From NCBI RefSeq assembly GCF_036588685.1, contig NC_086375.1, forward strand, positions 58,714,001-58,778,000: 64,000 nt of DNA, written 5' to 3'. Position 1 is the stretch's first letter. Every line of letters starts with the position of its first letter. The DNA comes from Mytilus trossulus. Taxonomy: Eukaryota. The position numbers and the translations under genes were made by a program. The notes below the pieces were generated by a model. The model was given only the letters and a program-made list of their open reading frames with translations. It had not been told where the DNA came from and did not search any database. Of this stretch, positions 39,249 through 52,156 are shown piece after piece.

Positions 39249-39494
39249 GTTGTAAGAAATATGATCGTAAATTAGTTTATATATTCCTTGTATATAACTT
39301 CTGTATGCCAGACGCGTGTTTCGTCTACAAATGTCGTATCAGTGACGCTTGAATCGAAAAAGTTAAAAAGACAAACAAAAAGTATTTAATTTAATATTTG
39401 ACGACCTGAAATCCTGAAAGTTTTGCAAAGCACAAATATTTGTTGATTATTAAAAGCTTTCTAGATATACACGATATAGTTTCTGATAATAAGA

Positions 39495-40000
39495 CTTTTG
39501 ACGGCCATTTTGAATTTGTCGGCCATTTAGCAATTATTTTTGATTGTTCCATATTCAGAAAAGATTAATTAGCATCATAACTAGCAATATGCAAAGTTTT
39601 TTGCTTTTATTTTCAAATGATCAATTATACCATTTTTATTTTGGACTCTGCCTCATGACTGTTGGCGGCCATTTTGAATTTGTCGGCCATTATGGAATTA
39701 TTTTGATTGTTCCATATTCATTAAAGATTATTAAGCACCATAACTAGCAATATGCAAAGTGTTGTGTTTTTATTTTCAATGATAAATTATACCATATTTT
39801 TGGACTCTGCCTCATGACTGTTGGTGGCCATTTTGAAATTGGCGGCCATTTTTGATTTTTTTTTATTGTTCCATATTCAGAAAAGATTAATAATCATCAT
39901 AATTAGCAATATGCAAAGTTTTTTGCTTTTACTTTCAAATGTTAAATTAAACTATATTTTTTGACTCTGCTTCATGACTGTTGGCGGCCATTGTGGATTT
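39495..40000. repeat. About 161-bp subterminal tandem repeats of the Academ element
   Basis: GGCCATTTTG units at about 39502, 39664, 39823 and 39983. Confidence 0.85.
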
Positions 40001-40646
40001 TGTTTCGATGGCTCCATATCCAAAAATGTTTATAAGCATCATAACTAAAACTGTGCAAAGTTTCATGCTTTTACCATAAAGTGATCAATTGTCCCAATAT
40101 ATTGGACTTAGCTGCTGGACTATAATGCAAACAATGATATTCAGCAAACTCCTGCCGGTGGAATTATATTTTGACGTTAATATTTGTTCACGAAAGCAAA
40201 TACTTTCCATGCAATCTGAAACGTCCAGCTGTTAATTAAGAAGATGTGATATAACTGCCAATGAAACAACCCTCTAACCGACGAAAATGACACAGAAATT
40301 AAAAACTTCTAGGTCACCGTGCGTCCTTCGACAATAATCAAAACCCATAATGCCTAGTTAAATATTAAAGGCCTCGAAATGACAAATGTAAAACAATCAA
40401 AACGAGAAAAATAACGGTCTGATTTTTTTACAACCCAATGAACGAAAAAATGAATATATATCAACCAAAACATCCACTGAATTACATGCTCCTGACTTGG
40501 GACAGGCATATACAGATTTTAGCGGGATTTGGGATTGAACAAGTTTGCGGGAGCCCAACCTTCTTCTATCCTGAGACAAAGGAGTAACAGCACAACATAT
40601 GATCGTAGTTAATGACAGCTAGTTCAAAGTAAAAAAACAACTTATA

Positions 40647-41194
40647 ACTAGAATTGCCATTGCAAGCAATAGCGGATGTCACCCTGGTCCACCAATTTTC
40701 ACTAAACAGCAGCCATGGTAACGGCAGCCATTTTGGAAATTTCAAAGTTGAATGCCGCATCAAGAATTACAAGTTAACATTCCTATAACGTTTCATACAT
40801 TTTTGAAGAATTTTCAAAATTTTGCTATTTTTGAACAGTTTCCATGGCAACATTTGAAAATTCCAAAGTCATACTGCTGCTTCATATTGTGCTCCCGATA
40901 ATATTATACCATCATATAACATTTAAGGGCTGTAGAATTAATTTAACACTAATGTTCTGGAATGTTCCATTGAATTTTTCATATTTTTGCTGTTTCCATG
41001 GCAATGGCAGCCATGTTTTTAATTCCAAAGTCAGGTGCACAACTAGACATGGTGATCAACATTATGTTATAGTTCCATCAACATTGGTCCATTCAGTTCC
41101 GAGAACTAAGCTGGACAAAAAGTGTGGAATAAGAATAATAAAAAAGAATCGTACAATAACAATATGTCACCCGACCTCCGTCAGGGTGACATAA
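40647..41194. mobile_element. Helentron-associated non-autonomous element (HINE-like)
   Basis: ACTAG start; subterminal ATGTCACCC; terminal hairpin ATGTCACCC-n11-GGGTGACAT; internal CCATGG(C/T)AA repeats; AAT/AAG microsatellite. Confidence 0.65.
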
Positions 41195-41299
41195 AAAATC
41201 CAGTGAATATCCAACATCCAATGGCGAAAAGGCACGACCTTGTGCAATGCCAAAATGCAGGTACCGACAGATTGTAGAACCATGTAAGAGAGACAAAAT

Positions 41300-41645
41300 A
41301 TACCAGAGACACAGCAAACTCTCTATCAAATAAATCATGATAGAAATAACAAGTCCTGAAATATCGTATTAACTGGGATTTATATAATACATTTTGTACT
41401 CCGTATGCAGGCGTTTCTGGAATATTGCTACTTGGAAATGCAGTTTCAGAGATTTTTCTTTTGAATGATAGTGATTTTAGAATGTATGATTTATTCCTGA
41501 GGCTCCCTAAGACAAGATACTTGTTTCTACGTTGGCCATTATTTTTTAGTAAACAAAACAGGACCAACTCTTTCAACTTGTCTTCAATTAAAATGGGGAA
41601 TGCTTGTGTAAACTGTATCAAAGTCAAATGTTTTAATGCTATCGC
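41300..41645 (-). mobile_element. Penelope-like RT fragments
   Basis: LKELVLFC..KNNGQRR.KYLVLG and SSNIPETPAYGV..SQLIRYFR.C motifs. Confidence 0.7.
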
Positions 41646-44600
41646 AATATGAAAAAGTATAATATTGTATGTACTCTAAAAGCTATTTGGAATGTTTTAA
41701 TAACCACATTTGATTCATGTCACCTATAAAATACTGAATGTGTAATGCATTCGTATATAAAAATAATATTTAGTTTGTTTTTTAATTTACCTTAAACAAA
41801 ATCAATATTCATATCATATTACCCCGGTCGTATCTAAAATACCGGACTCTGATTAACAAAATCTCCGTATAAAAATAAGAGTGCATTTTGTGCTAAAATT
41901 CCAATCATATCTTTGTTTCTATAAAATCGTGTTATGGCATTTTTTGTATGTGTAGTATAGCTTGAATTGATTATTTATTTTTATAAATAGTATTTGTATA
42001 TATTTGTTCATGCATTGACTTAATGATTGACTCTGAAAGAATATACAGTATGACAGTACATTGATTTTCTATTAACTTAATAAGTATTTACATCCTGGGT
42101 TTACCATTTCTTTATTCCGATTGGTTACTCTGTGAGCTCCTTTGATTTTGAGGCACTCTTTTCAGGTTCTTCACGGAGATATAAAACACTGATACTTTAT
42201 TTTGATATTCATATTCATATATTTATAATTCTTATCCTGGAAACCATTCTTTATATATACGGATTCCAGTATGTGAAGTATAGAGTTCAGTAACTTTATA
42301 GAGGAGCACTGCCCATCCCTTGTTTTATATACACGAATGTTTATTTGTGATTACCTATAATAAACCTTTAGAACCCTACTGATCAGAGATGATTACGCCC
42401 AACTTGATGAGTATATACGTTGACAAATCAAAACAATCTGTGTTGATCTGTATATGGTTTCATATCATTCAAAATTCATAATCAATTATTATAAAGCGTT
42501 GATTTCGGGGCCTTTTATAGCTGACTATGCATATGGGCTTTGTTCATTGTTGAAGACCGTACGCTAATCCATAGCTGTTAATTTCTGTGCCATTTGGTCT
42601 CTTGTGGAGAGTTGTCTCATTGGAAATTATACCACATCTTCTTTTTTATATATATTTGAACGACAATGATACTATGATTAGTTTTGCCCCAATACTTTCG
42701 GCCCTGCAATCATTTGCTGTCTAGTAAGAAATGGTGGCTTTTATATTTTTTTAAAGTCCAAACATAGTTCTGTAGGATAACAGAACTTGCAGCGTTTCAA
42801 CTCCATCCTCCACCCTCAAACTGCTTGAATTAAAAAATAAAATTATCTTACTTTGAACTTTTGATGTCGTTCCTTAAACAATGAGTAGGGTTTTATTTAT
42901 CGAATCAGTCAACCAAATTGTTTTCATTTGTTTCACTTCCAATGATTACATTTTTTTTATCTAATATCTGGACGCGCCTAGTTCATGCGTAAACCATGAT
43001 CTCTAGCTAATGTTCCAGTGGAAGTTCACATGAATATGAATTTAATGAGGTTGAATTATTCACTTGTAAGTGAATAATTGATCTTACAAGTGAATAATTC
43101 ATCAACGATGTTCATATATATGCTTATTTTGACAAACCTGATCCAAATTGACCGCTAAAAGCGAATTATTTTATCACTATTTCCTTTTCATTAATGATCA
43201 AACAAAACAAATCATGATTTGTTTTCTTATGCTCGTGGCTAATGCCCATACATCTGTTTACACCTGTGAAACACTTAAAATGTTTACCTTACAATTCCTT
43301 CAATGGAGATAATTTGTAAGCATATTTCCGAAAGCAATGAATTTATTAAAAATGTAATGATGAAAAACGAACAAGTAAATGGAAATGAAAACCTTATTTT
43401 GCAAAACCCCCCAAATCATTCGAAACGAACATATTATGATTATTTCAAACATCTTCGTATCTTGTGACTCAAAATTATTCAATCGATTTAAAAAAAGAAG
43501 CTAAAATCTAGAACCCACGAACATTTTACGCTTGTTCAAATCAATTAAATTCAACCCACGAATAACAGTTCTCTCTTGTATTTAAACTTGTGTCATATGC
43601 ATTCAACATAATCGATAGACTTTGAATTATTCAGTGAAATGATTGCATGTATCTGTTGAATGCGTGGTCTAAAAAAAAACTCAAATTTTCTTAAGGGAAA
43701 AAGTTTGTATCTTGACTATTTTTGTTAAATCAAAGCTGTTCTTTGATCTCTCTTTAAAACATGATATTTGTTCCTGTGTCGTTATTCTTTTTTAAGAAAT
43801 AAAGTAGGACTTTCTTATATTTTTGAGCCGTTAGGAAAAAAGGGGGAATTTTTATTTAAAGGGTTTAGGAGGTCAATCTTTTATACTGTTGCACTCTACG
43901 AGGTATTCTTATTTCAAGTACACTAGCAGGTCCTTTAAATGTATAACTTAAGTATCCACATCGTTTATGGAGTATCTAGTAAATACCCAGCAGAACGAAG
44001 AAATACCCAGTTCCATAAATGATTGGAAATTCGAAAGGAACACAAAACAGACAAGAGATTATACAGGGTTTCCTTTTTTGTAAGTGTTGTAGAAGAATAT
44101 ATTTGGTTTCGAAGTGAAGTTTCATTTCTATTTCAAGTAATTAGTAATTGATATATTAACTTGATTTACAAACAAACACTTTTATTTTCTATATACTTTA
44201 TTTAGCCTTTTCAATGCAGAAATATTATACTTCTTGATCGAATATTGATTACGCTTTCCAAGAATTCCTCAACTTGATAAAATTCAATTTGTTGTATTTC
44301 AAGAGCATCCATATCATGTGATCCTTTCCATGATGCACATAAAATCCGTTTTGTTCACTATCTACATTTAACGAATACTTAGTAATTCGATACAAACAAG
44401 GTTTAAAAAAAACCTAAGGTTTCAACTCCCTCAGACCTAGTTGACTATAAATGGATATGGCTATTATTTCAAGTTATTTTTAGTCATACAGGTTTTTCAA
44501 CTGTTTTGTTCTTATTCATCTTTTCTAATACATCCTTAGCTATTATATTTTTGGCTTTGCTCGTCCTTGTAAGCGCGTCGGACGCATTTCGATATTGTAT

Positions 44601-44789
44601 GTTCTTTAACGTTCGATTCATTTCGTATGAGTATACGCATCTTTAAACACTTGGCTTCTTGCATCATCGAAAAGTAATTAATTGCCGAAACACGGATCTG
44701 CTTCAGTAATATTGGGACCGTTATTACTACCCCACTGTATTGGTTCCTGTCGGTGGACTTATTTTAACTATAACAATCCCCCATCCCCC

Positions 44790-45232
44790 ACCCCCATTAT
44801 TTTTCTCTAGAAGTCCTGGAATAGGCCGACCCTACCCCCATTTTTTTTAACATTTTTTTCGAATTTTGAGCTCTAGTTTCAGATTTTTGAACATAGCGCC
44901 CTTCGATACCTAGCGCAAAAGTAGCGCCTGTTTCTCCTCTACAAGACCTATATAGTCATATCCCGTGACACCCCCATTATTTTTCTCTAGAAATCCTGGA
45001 ATAGGCCGACCCTACCCCCATTTTTTTTACATTTTTTTCGAATTTTGAGCTCTAGTTTCAGATTTTTGAACATAGCGCCCTTCGATACCTAGCGCAAAAG
45101 AAGCGTATGTTTCTCCTCTACAAGACCTATATAGTCATATCCCGTGACACCCCATTATTTTTCTCTAGAAGCCCTGGAATAGGCAGACCCCCCTAATTTT
45201 TTGACATTTTTTTTCAAATTTTGAGCTCTAGA
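44790..45232. repeat. About 179-bp tandem repeat, 2.5 near-identical copies
   Basis: CCCCATTATTTTTCTCTAGAA..CCTGGAATAGGC at about 44791, 44971 and 45149. Confidence 0.95.
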
Positions 45233-45436
45233 TTAAACAATGACAAAAAAGGTACTTTTACATACGTTCTAAATTGAAGTTGGTGGCCCTACACCTACAC
45301 ATAATCCGTTGGTAGATGCAGAGTTATTGTGGTACTGAATATTAGCCTAAAAAGTTATGTGACTTGTTACAAATACATTTTATTTTTCTGACAATGTACA
45401 TAATTTTTAATATTTTGTTTTTATTCTACGAATTAC

Positions 45437-45812
45437 ACCCCAAGGGTGACTAGTGAATAGAAATGGTGACTTGGTCTTCTTCCGACCGGCAGTAGAATGC
45501 TTCCAAAGTGAGACGTCCATTTGGCTGTGCGGGATGTATCAACTTTTCAGCCACATCCGGTCAGAATGGGGACATTAAATCCGATGCCTCGAATAAAGAG
45601 AGTGTTATGTTCTTTGAAAATAAAAAAAAACATTTGCAACAACTCTTTGAGTGGTCGATCCGTATGTGGCCTGTTGCAAAATAAAATTTCTGTCTCTATC
45701 CCTCTATTACATAACCTACCAATTGTATTTATTGTTATTTTGTTCTCGCCCGTGCATGTAACATGCACGATCTATTTGCCACTGGACGTAAAGCAAACAG
45801 CGATCAATCCTA
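45437..45812 (+). mobile_element. SINE (bivalve Meta-domain-like)
   Basis: Homologous to 55785-56230; ends CCACTGGACGT...CAATC. Confidence 0.6.
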
Positions 45813-48800
45813 CAATTTACAACCGTCACTTGAAATTTTAGTTGTTAAAATTCAAATTATTGCCTCTAATTTTTTCGAAGAAATCGACAAAGTTTACGAA
45901 CATTTACGCAAAAAGAAATATCTACGGTAAAGGTACAAGTATAAATAAAGAAAACAATTCGATATGGAACATTTTATTTGTGCAACAGTTGGCTGTTATA
46001 ATGATAAATGGAGATATGGGATACTAGTATGCAATTTATAAGAAAGCAACATCTGGAGCCAAGGCTCAGTGTTGAAGGCCGTAATTGACCGATAATTGTT
46101 TACTTTTTTAAATTGTTATTTGGCTGGAGATTTGTCTCATTGTCACCACATCTTCCTATATCTACTTAACGACATCAAAACCAAAGAAATCATGCAAATT
46201 GTGACTGGAGCTAATTGATCGAGTATCTTTTGATTTCTAATTTGTAGTTTTAGTAAACGTTGGTTCCCTAGATTGAAAAGTATTTGTAGTATAATTATCA
46301 CACTAAGCATTTCAGTCTCTAGTACATATTTTTTTAAGTCTTAAAACTTTTATCCTTGGGTAGAAAATTCAAACCATAATGGAATAAGGTGGTGCGGTAA
46401 CTATCCACCAAAGACAAAATGAAGGAAATGTTAGTTTGCTATTGCTACTTCATTTTACATCTTCAAATAACTATTCCATTATATGAACTGGATATTCAAA
46501 AATATGTTTAATAGGCACGTATTATCATATTGTGTCACTTGTGTCCGTTCAACCGTCAATCTCGCACTTGGTATATAGGGTGTATACGGCTTATTATTTA
46601 GCACTACAGTCTTTTTGCTTCGGGTTTAAATTGTGTACATGGTGTTACAACTTATATTTAAGCTGCGCATATCTTCTGGATTTTCTCTATTTTTTGTTCA
46701 TGACAGGTTGCTTGATTAGGCATTTTGATAACATATAAAAGGCACGCAGAGTACAGACTCCGGCTTACATCTCCTGCATGTGGAATTTCAAGCTGGAACC
46801 TTTATATTTCGCAGTTTGTTTTACTCTGCATATCTGCATAAGAATGCATATCTGCTCTCAACATTTGTTTTGTAAATAATTTTCCACAAATGACAGACTT
46901 GAATCTTGTGAAATGTTGCGTACAGTTTGTATAATGTTTGTCTAACTTGCTGAGCAACCAACTGACACATTTACATCACGCAGAGTACGCTATACTTATG
47001 TATGTAGCAAATTAAGAATAAAAATTATGATCGAGTTCTGAAATTTCCTTTGAGTTTTGTTATTTTATTTTTTAGAATGTGTATTTGATCTCATAATTTT
47101 CACAACTAACAGAATGTTCAACCTTTTTTTGATTGGTGCATCAAATGTGTCTTTTATAAACAACTGTTGTATCGTCCCGAACATGCATGCACTATTTGCC
47201 ACTGAACGTTAAACAACCATCAAAACCCGAGCAATTATAAAACTGTTTTACACTGGATCAAATTTTTAAAGTACTCTATTTCTGCATGGATGAAGCGATG
47301 ACACCACCATCAGTGTCTTAAAGGATGGAGTTAAAAACTTAGTTATTCACATGAATCACACGTGAAATTTCTTATCTTATTTCCACGTGACCTTTACAAA
47401 AATATAAAAGTATTTTTCATGATTTTAATTAAATTTTAGAATTAAGATATTATTTGAATAATCTTATTTAAAAAAATTACGTGGATTTAACGTGTACCTA
47501 TTTCCGGTGATTAGTTCATGAACTATTAAAATATTCACGTTGAACCAACAAGTTCAAGCAAGTTTCAAGTATATATAAAAAAGATGATGTGGTATGACTG
47601 CAAACGAGACAACACTCCACAAGAGACCTTAATGACACAACAACTATAGGTCATTGCACGGCCTTTAATAATGAGAAAAGCCTATACCGTGCGCATAGTC
47701 AGCCATAAAAGGCCCCGAAATGACAATGCAAAACAAATCAAACGAGAAAACTAACGGCCTTATTTATATAAATCAATGAACGAAAAACAAATGTGTAACA
47801 CATTAACAAAATTGATGACAACCACTGAATTACAACATGCTCGTTTTACGACACCCGACAAGTGAAATGAAAATTAAAAAAAAAACACCATTCAGATTCC
47901 GACACATATTTTGTTTTCGATTTCTCTGAGTAGGAACAACGTTACATTCTGTATTCAATGACGTCACACGTTTTCGGCCAAATTATAAGGGCATCAATGA
48001 ACTTTGAAGCCATTTATCTCAAAAACAAGGATGGTGACATATAAGTTTCTATACTTGTATGGATTCAGAATGCAATCATGGATATTATGTTAGTTTTTTG
48101 TTTTTCTCAGTATATCACAACATAGCCATCCATTGGAAAATCTAAAAAAAGTAAGCCGAAAAATAGGCATTTCCTCTATATACCTAAGTAAATTTGTCGC
48201 CAAAATTGACGTTTTCTTATGAAAATACCAAGAAGACAAAAAAAGTGACCCCCATTTTTTATTACATATTCCGATGTAATTCGATTCAAAGAACACGTGA
48301 CCAAAAAGTTTGGAAATCGGGAGATATGCCATTCGGTATCGTGTTACCTTAAATCAATGGATTGGATAAAAAACATTTCAAAATTGAGTTAAAATTGCTA
48401 TATTTTAACTGATTTTCTGCCTTTTTGAATATTTTTTTATTTAACGGCCGTTGTTGTCTTATTCTGTTGTTTGGTTTCTCGATATATCGCCTTATTGTTC
48501 GCTGGCTTATTGTTCGCTAGCTATTGTTCGCTAGCTTCTGCCTGGTCCTTATTTTACATAGAGGTCAGTTTCGAAAGTGTAATAAACATGATTTTGTTGT
48601 TGTCCATTCGTTTGATGTTTTTTGTCATTTGATTTTGTCATTTTATTTGTAATAGGGATTTTTCGATTGAATTTTCCTCGGAGTTCAGTATTTTTGTAAT
48701 TTTACTTCTTATAACTAATTGACGTGGTGTTTGTCTCATGTTAATACCAGTCCAATTTCGAAGGAAGAAGACAAATATCAGTGGTATGATTTCAATTAGT

Positions 48801-49341
48801 ATTTTGAACATATAAACTAGTAAAAAACCAAAATCATAAGTTTCGGAAGTTTATTTAATGTGATATATATGTTATAAATTTATTAATCATTAGTGTTGTT
48901 CAAACCAAATGTTTGAAATCTACAAAGTAACATCCGAAAAAGTTCGAAAATACATGTAAGGAACACCTGTGAACCATAGGGGAATAACCTTAAGATTTGA
49001 CAAATGATACAATAATGACTCTGCATTCCTTACAGACTTTCGAATCCCCAAATAACTCATATGATACTAGTTTTCTTCATACTGTCTTCTTCTGCCACTC
49101 TCCATAAATTACTACAAATATTAAGTGATGATTTGCATGACATGTCAACATTTCGACATACATTAATATATATATAACAAGCGCTTGTACAAGGTTAAAT
49201 GCAATTTCAGTTTTGACATATGTTGTTTGTAATAGTGCATCGCACTTTAGTGAATTATATGAATCAAAATAACAAACAAAAAGATCAGAAGGACAATTTT
49301 ATTTTTCATAAACGCATCCTCATTTTGGTAAATCAACACTT

Positions 49342-49629
49342 TCACCAACTGCCACCCCATCCTCCGCCACTACCGCCTCCTCCTCCTCCTCCTCCTCCTC
49401 CTCCTCTTCCACCACCACCGCCACTTCCACCACCTCCGCCGCCGCCTCCTTTACTTCCCTTTCCTTTACTCACGATGCAGTGCTTTTTACCATCTACTAC
49501 AGTACAACCAAAACCATTTCCCGAAGCACTAGCACTTCCTGAGTCCTTTTTTCCAGAAACGGAGATCGAAGCGCTATGTACTGTTTCCAGCAACAATACA
49601 AATACTGATACACAATACAAAAACTTCAT
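49342..49629 (-). CDS. Secreted Gly-rich peptide precursor (gene C): signal, Ser/Gly/Lys region, C-x8-C loop, poly-Gly, GWGGSW end
   Basis: 95-aa ORF from the ATG at 49629; the upstream extension in the ORF track is intron polypyrimidine tract. Signal MKFLYCVSVFVLLLETVHS; acceptor TTTTTTCCAG 4 nt before ATG. Confidence 0.87.
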   Translation of the reverse strand: MKFLYCVSVFVLLLETVHSASISVSGKKDSGSASASGNGFGCTVVDGKKHCIVSKGKGSKGGGGGGGGSGGGGGRGGGGGGGGGGGSGGGWGGSW

Positions 49630-50916
49630 TTCTCTGGAAAAAAACGACAAAACATAGTTAAATAATTTTGACTGTCCAAGGGAATTTTATACGTGCTATA
49701 CTTTATGGATACATGTATAATAAATTTGTTATCGGGAGAAATTGCATCTTTGAACGATACCGGTATTATAAAAAGTAAAACCACAAAAATACTGAACTCA
49801 AAGGAAAATCAATTCGGAAAGTCCATAATCACATGGCAAAATCAAATAACAAAACGCATCAAAAACGAAAGGATAAGAACTGTCATATTCCTGACTATGG
49901 TGGATTAAACCTTGTTTTATAGCAATAACCCTCTCACTATAAACGTATACCTGATTGATTGATTGGTTTGTTACGCCACTTTTCGCAGTATTGTGCTATT
50001 TCATGGCAGTCAGTTTTTATTGGCGGAGGGCACGGAGAGAAACGCCAACGTTTGGTAGGAAAACTAACAAATGAATCCTATTCAATCAATATATTTGAGT
50101 CGAGTGCATCTCACACGTGCAGGGTTATGGTTCATACCAGTGTTGACAGGCTAGTGATACAGGAGTTTGACTTCTTATACCACCCGGTCACCATGAGACT
50201 TAACATGAGGTACCCACATACAAAATTTATTCGGAAGCATTAAAACAAAAAGGACCATAAAAATTATAAGGTCAAATTTCTACGATGAATGGCAATCTAT
50301 TGTTTGAGTAAATTCACCAAAATCTTTCAGCACAATATGCTTATCAGTAATGAAAATCTGATATCACCCCCGGTGTTTTGGTGTGGTTCGTGTTGTCTTT
50401 TCGTTTTTATTGGTTTCTGCAATGATTTAATCTGTATTTTTTCGACATATCAGTTGTTAATTGTCCCTTTTGGTATATTTAGTCTCTTAATGTATCAATT
50501 GAAAACTTATTACTGAAAAGCATTCTTTAAATTATGATCGAACTGATCTACTAGTGATGGAACTTATTCGGCAGTGCTACTGATCAAGTGATGATATCGC
50601 TACATAATTTGACAACATTTTCAGGATATCATTTATTGAATAGTTATTACAGTCAGAAGCAACGACAACTGGCAAATCGTTTAAAACAAATTTTAAAAGT
50701 AATTTCCTTTTAACCATTTTTAACAGTTGTTCAATTTATATTTGTATAATTTTTGAATTTCTTAGATCAAATTAAGAAATAAAGAATCTAACAAGAAACT
50801 ATTTACTTGACAATTCAGTATGTTCCTGTTATCCATAATTACATACACAATTTTATTGTTACAAAACATAATTAAAGAAACTGTCATGTGAATATTCACT
50901 ATCAAAAACAGTAAAG

Positions 50917-51005
50917 ATTTACCTGAATGGAGTTTCTTCGGAAAATAAATTGTTTTAACTGAAAAATTACTTAAATAAATTGCTTTTAAAACTATCTAAT
51001 TTATA
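50917..51005 (-). promoter_or_regulatory. Gene C putative TATAAA (51005-51000), exon 1 ending 50923, donor CAG|GTAAAT
   Basis: Same layout as the other genes; implies an intron 1 of about 1.3 kb. Confidence 0.5.
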
Positions 51006-51567
51006 AAACATTATTCATTTTAAATTCTAAGTTCGTGAACTTCCACGTACGTGCGTGTAACTTCTAAAACAATTACTAATTTCACTAATGTAAATACTTG
51101 ACGTGTTTAAAATCCAGAAACTATTGTGCGTTGGTACAGAACACGAAAATAGTTTTCCTTTATTAGTGATACAAATTCCAAAAAGTTCATTGGTCTAAGG
51201 TTAAACTTAAAGGGTACTCAATACTTTTCAACTTCGTACTTTATTTTGCTATTTAGTTTTCCTGTCGAAATGAGAAAAAGTTCCAATAGTTAACTGGTCT
51301 AAGGTTAAACTTAGAAAGTCCTTATTGTTCTTCAACTTAGTACTTCATTTTAAAATTGAACAATTTTTAATTCGCGCATCACTGATGACTTCCCCATTAG
51401 ACCTCACATGGATTTTATTCAGTAAGTACCTGTTTTGATTGCATTTATTTATGTATTCTGGAACACTAGAAAATATATGGTGTTTGTTGTTCGACGTGGT
51501 CAGTACTTTTTGTGTCCGTTAATTGTTGCCAAATAAAAGGAAATGTTGCATTCATCGTATGTGTATA

Positions 51568-52156
51568 TTTCAGCTTTCCAATTGTGAACTTTCCATTTCT
51601 AAGAAGCAACATTCCAGCAGCACCTGCATACGGGGTATATATCTCCCAATTGATACGATATTCCCGTGCATGCATTTCCTATCATGATTTTCTTGATAGA
51701 GGGTTACTGCTCACAAGGAAGCTATTAAACCAAGAGTTCCAAATGGTGAAGTTGAAATCATCCCTTCGTAAATTTTACGGACGCCATCACGAGTTGGTTG
51801 ACCGTTATGGAATAACCGTTTCACAAATGATATCGAATATGTTCCTTACGTCGTAACTACAATCCCCTTCCCTTTCATGAATTTGACCTACCGAATTAGA
51901 CTATTTACCGGATTTGTAATCACATAAGCAACACGACGGGTGCCGCATGTGGAGCAGGATCTGCTTACCCTTCCGGAGCACCTGAGATCACCCCTAGTTT
52001 TTGGTGGGGTTCGTGTTGTTTATTCTTTAGTTTTCTATGTTGTGTCATGTGTACTATTGTTTTTCTGTTCGTCTTTTTCATTTTTAGCCATGGCGCTGTC
52101 AGTTTGTTTTAGATTTATGAGTTTTACTGTCCCTTTGGTATCTTTCGTCCCTCTTC
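51568..52156 (+). mobile_element. Young 5'-truncated Penelope-like element 3' end (RT C-terminus plus tail)
   Basis: Uninterrupted FSFPIVNFPFL..NIPAAPAYGVYISQLIRYSRAC...LKSSLRKFYGRHHELV; tail shared with 22050-22280. Confidence 0.85.

Larger units (their letters stand above)
36018..40122 (-). mobile_element. Academ DNA transposon (internally deleted)
   Basis: TAGTCCAGC...GCTGGACTA termini, long TIR (AATTGATCACTTTATGGTAAAAGCATGAAACTT), 3-bp TSD TAA, and a transposase relic. Confidence 0.88.

Noticed and set aside
39307-39347. Fourth functional hammerhead
   Set aside because: Core mutated (CTGATAC instead of CTGATGA) and stem II disrupted.
42795-42830. Possible remnant exon QFEGGGWS* on the minus strand (a sixth Gly-rich gene?)
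   Set aside because: Too short, weak acceptor, and no signal-peptide exon found; could be chance.
49630-49650. N-terminal extension MSFFSRE of gene C in the ORF track
   Set aside because: Starts at a non-ATG codon and mostly corresponds to the intron polypyrimidine tract and acceptor.
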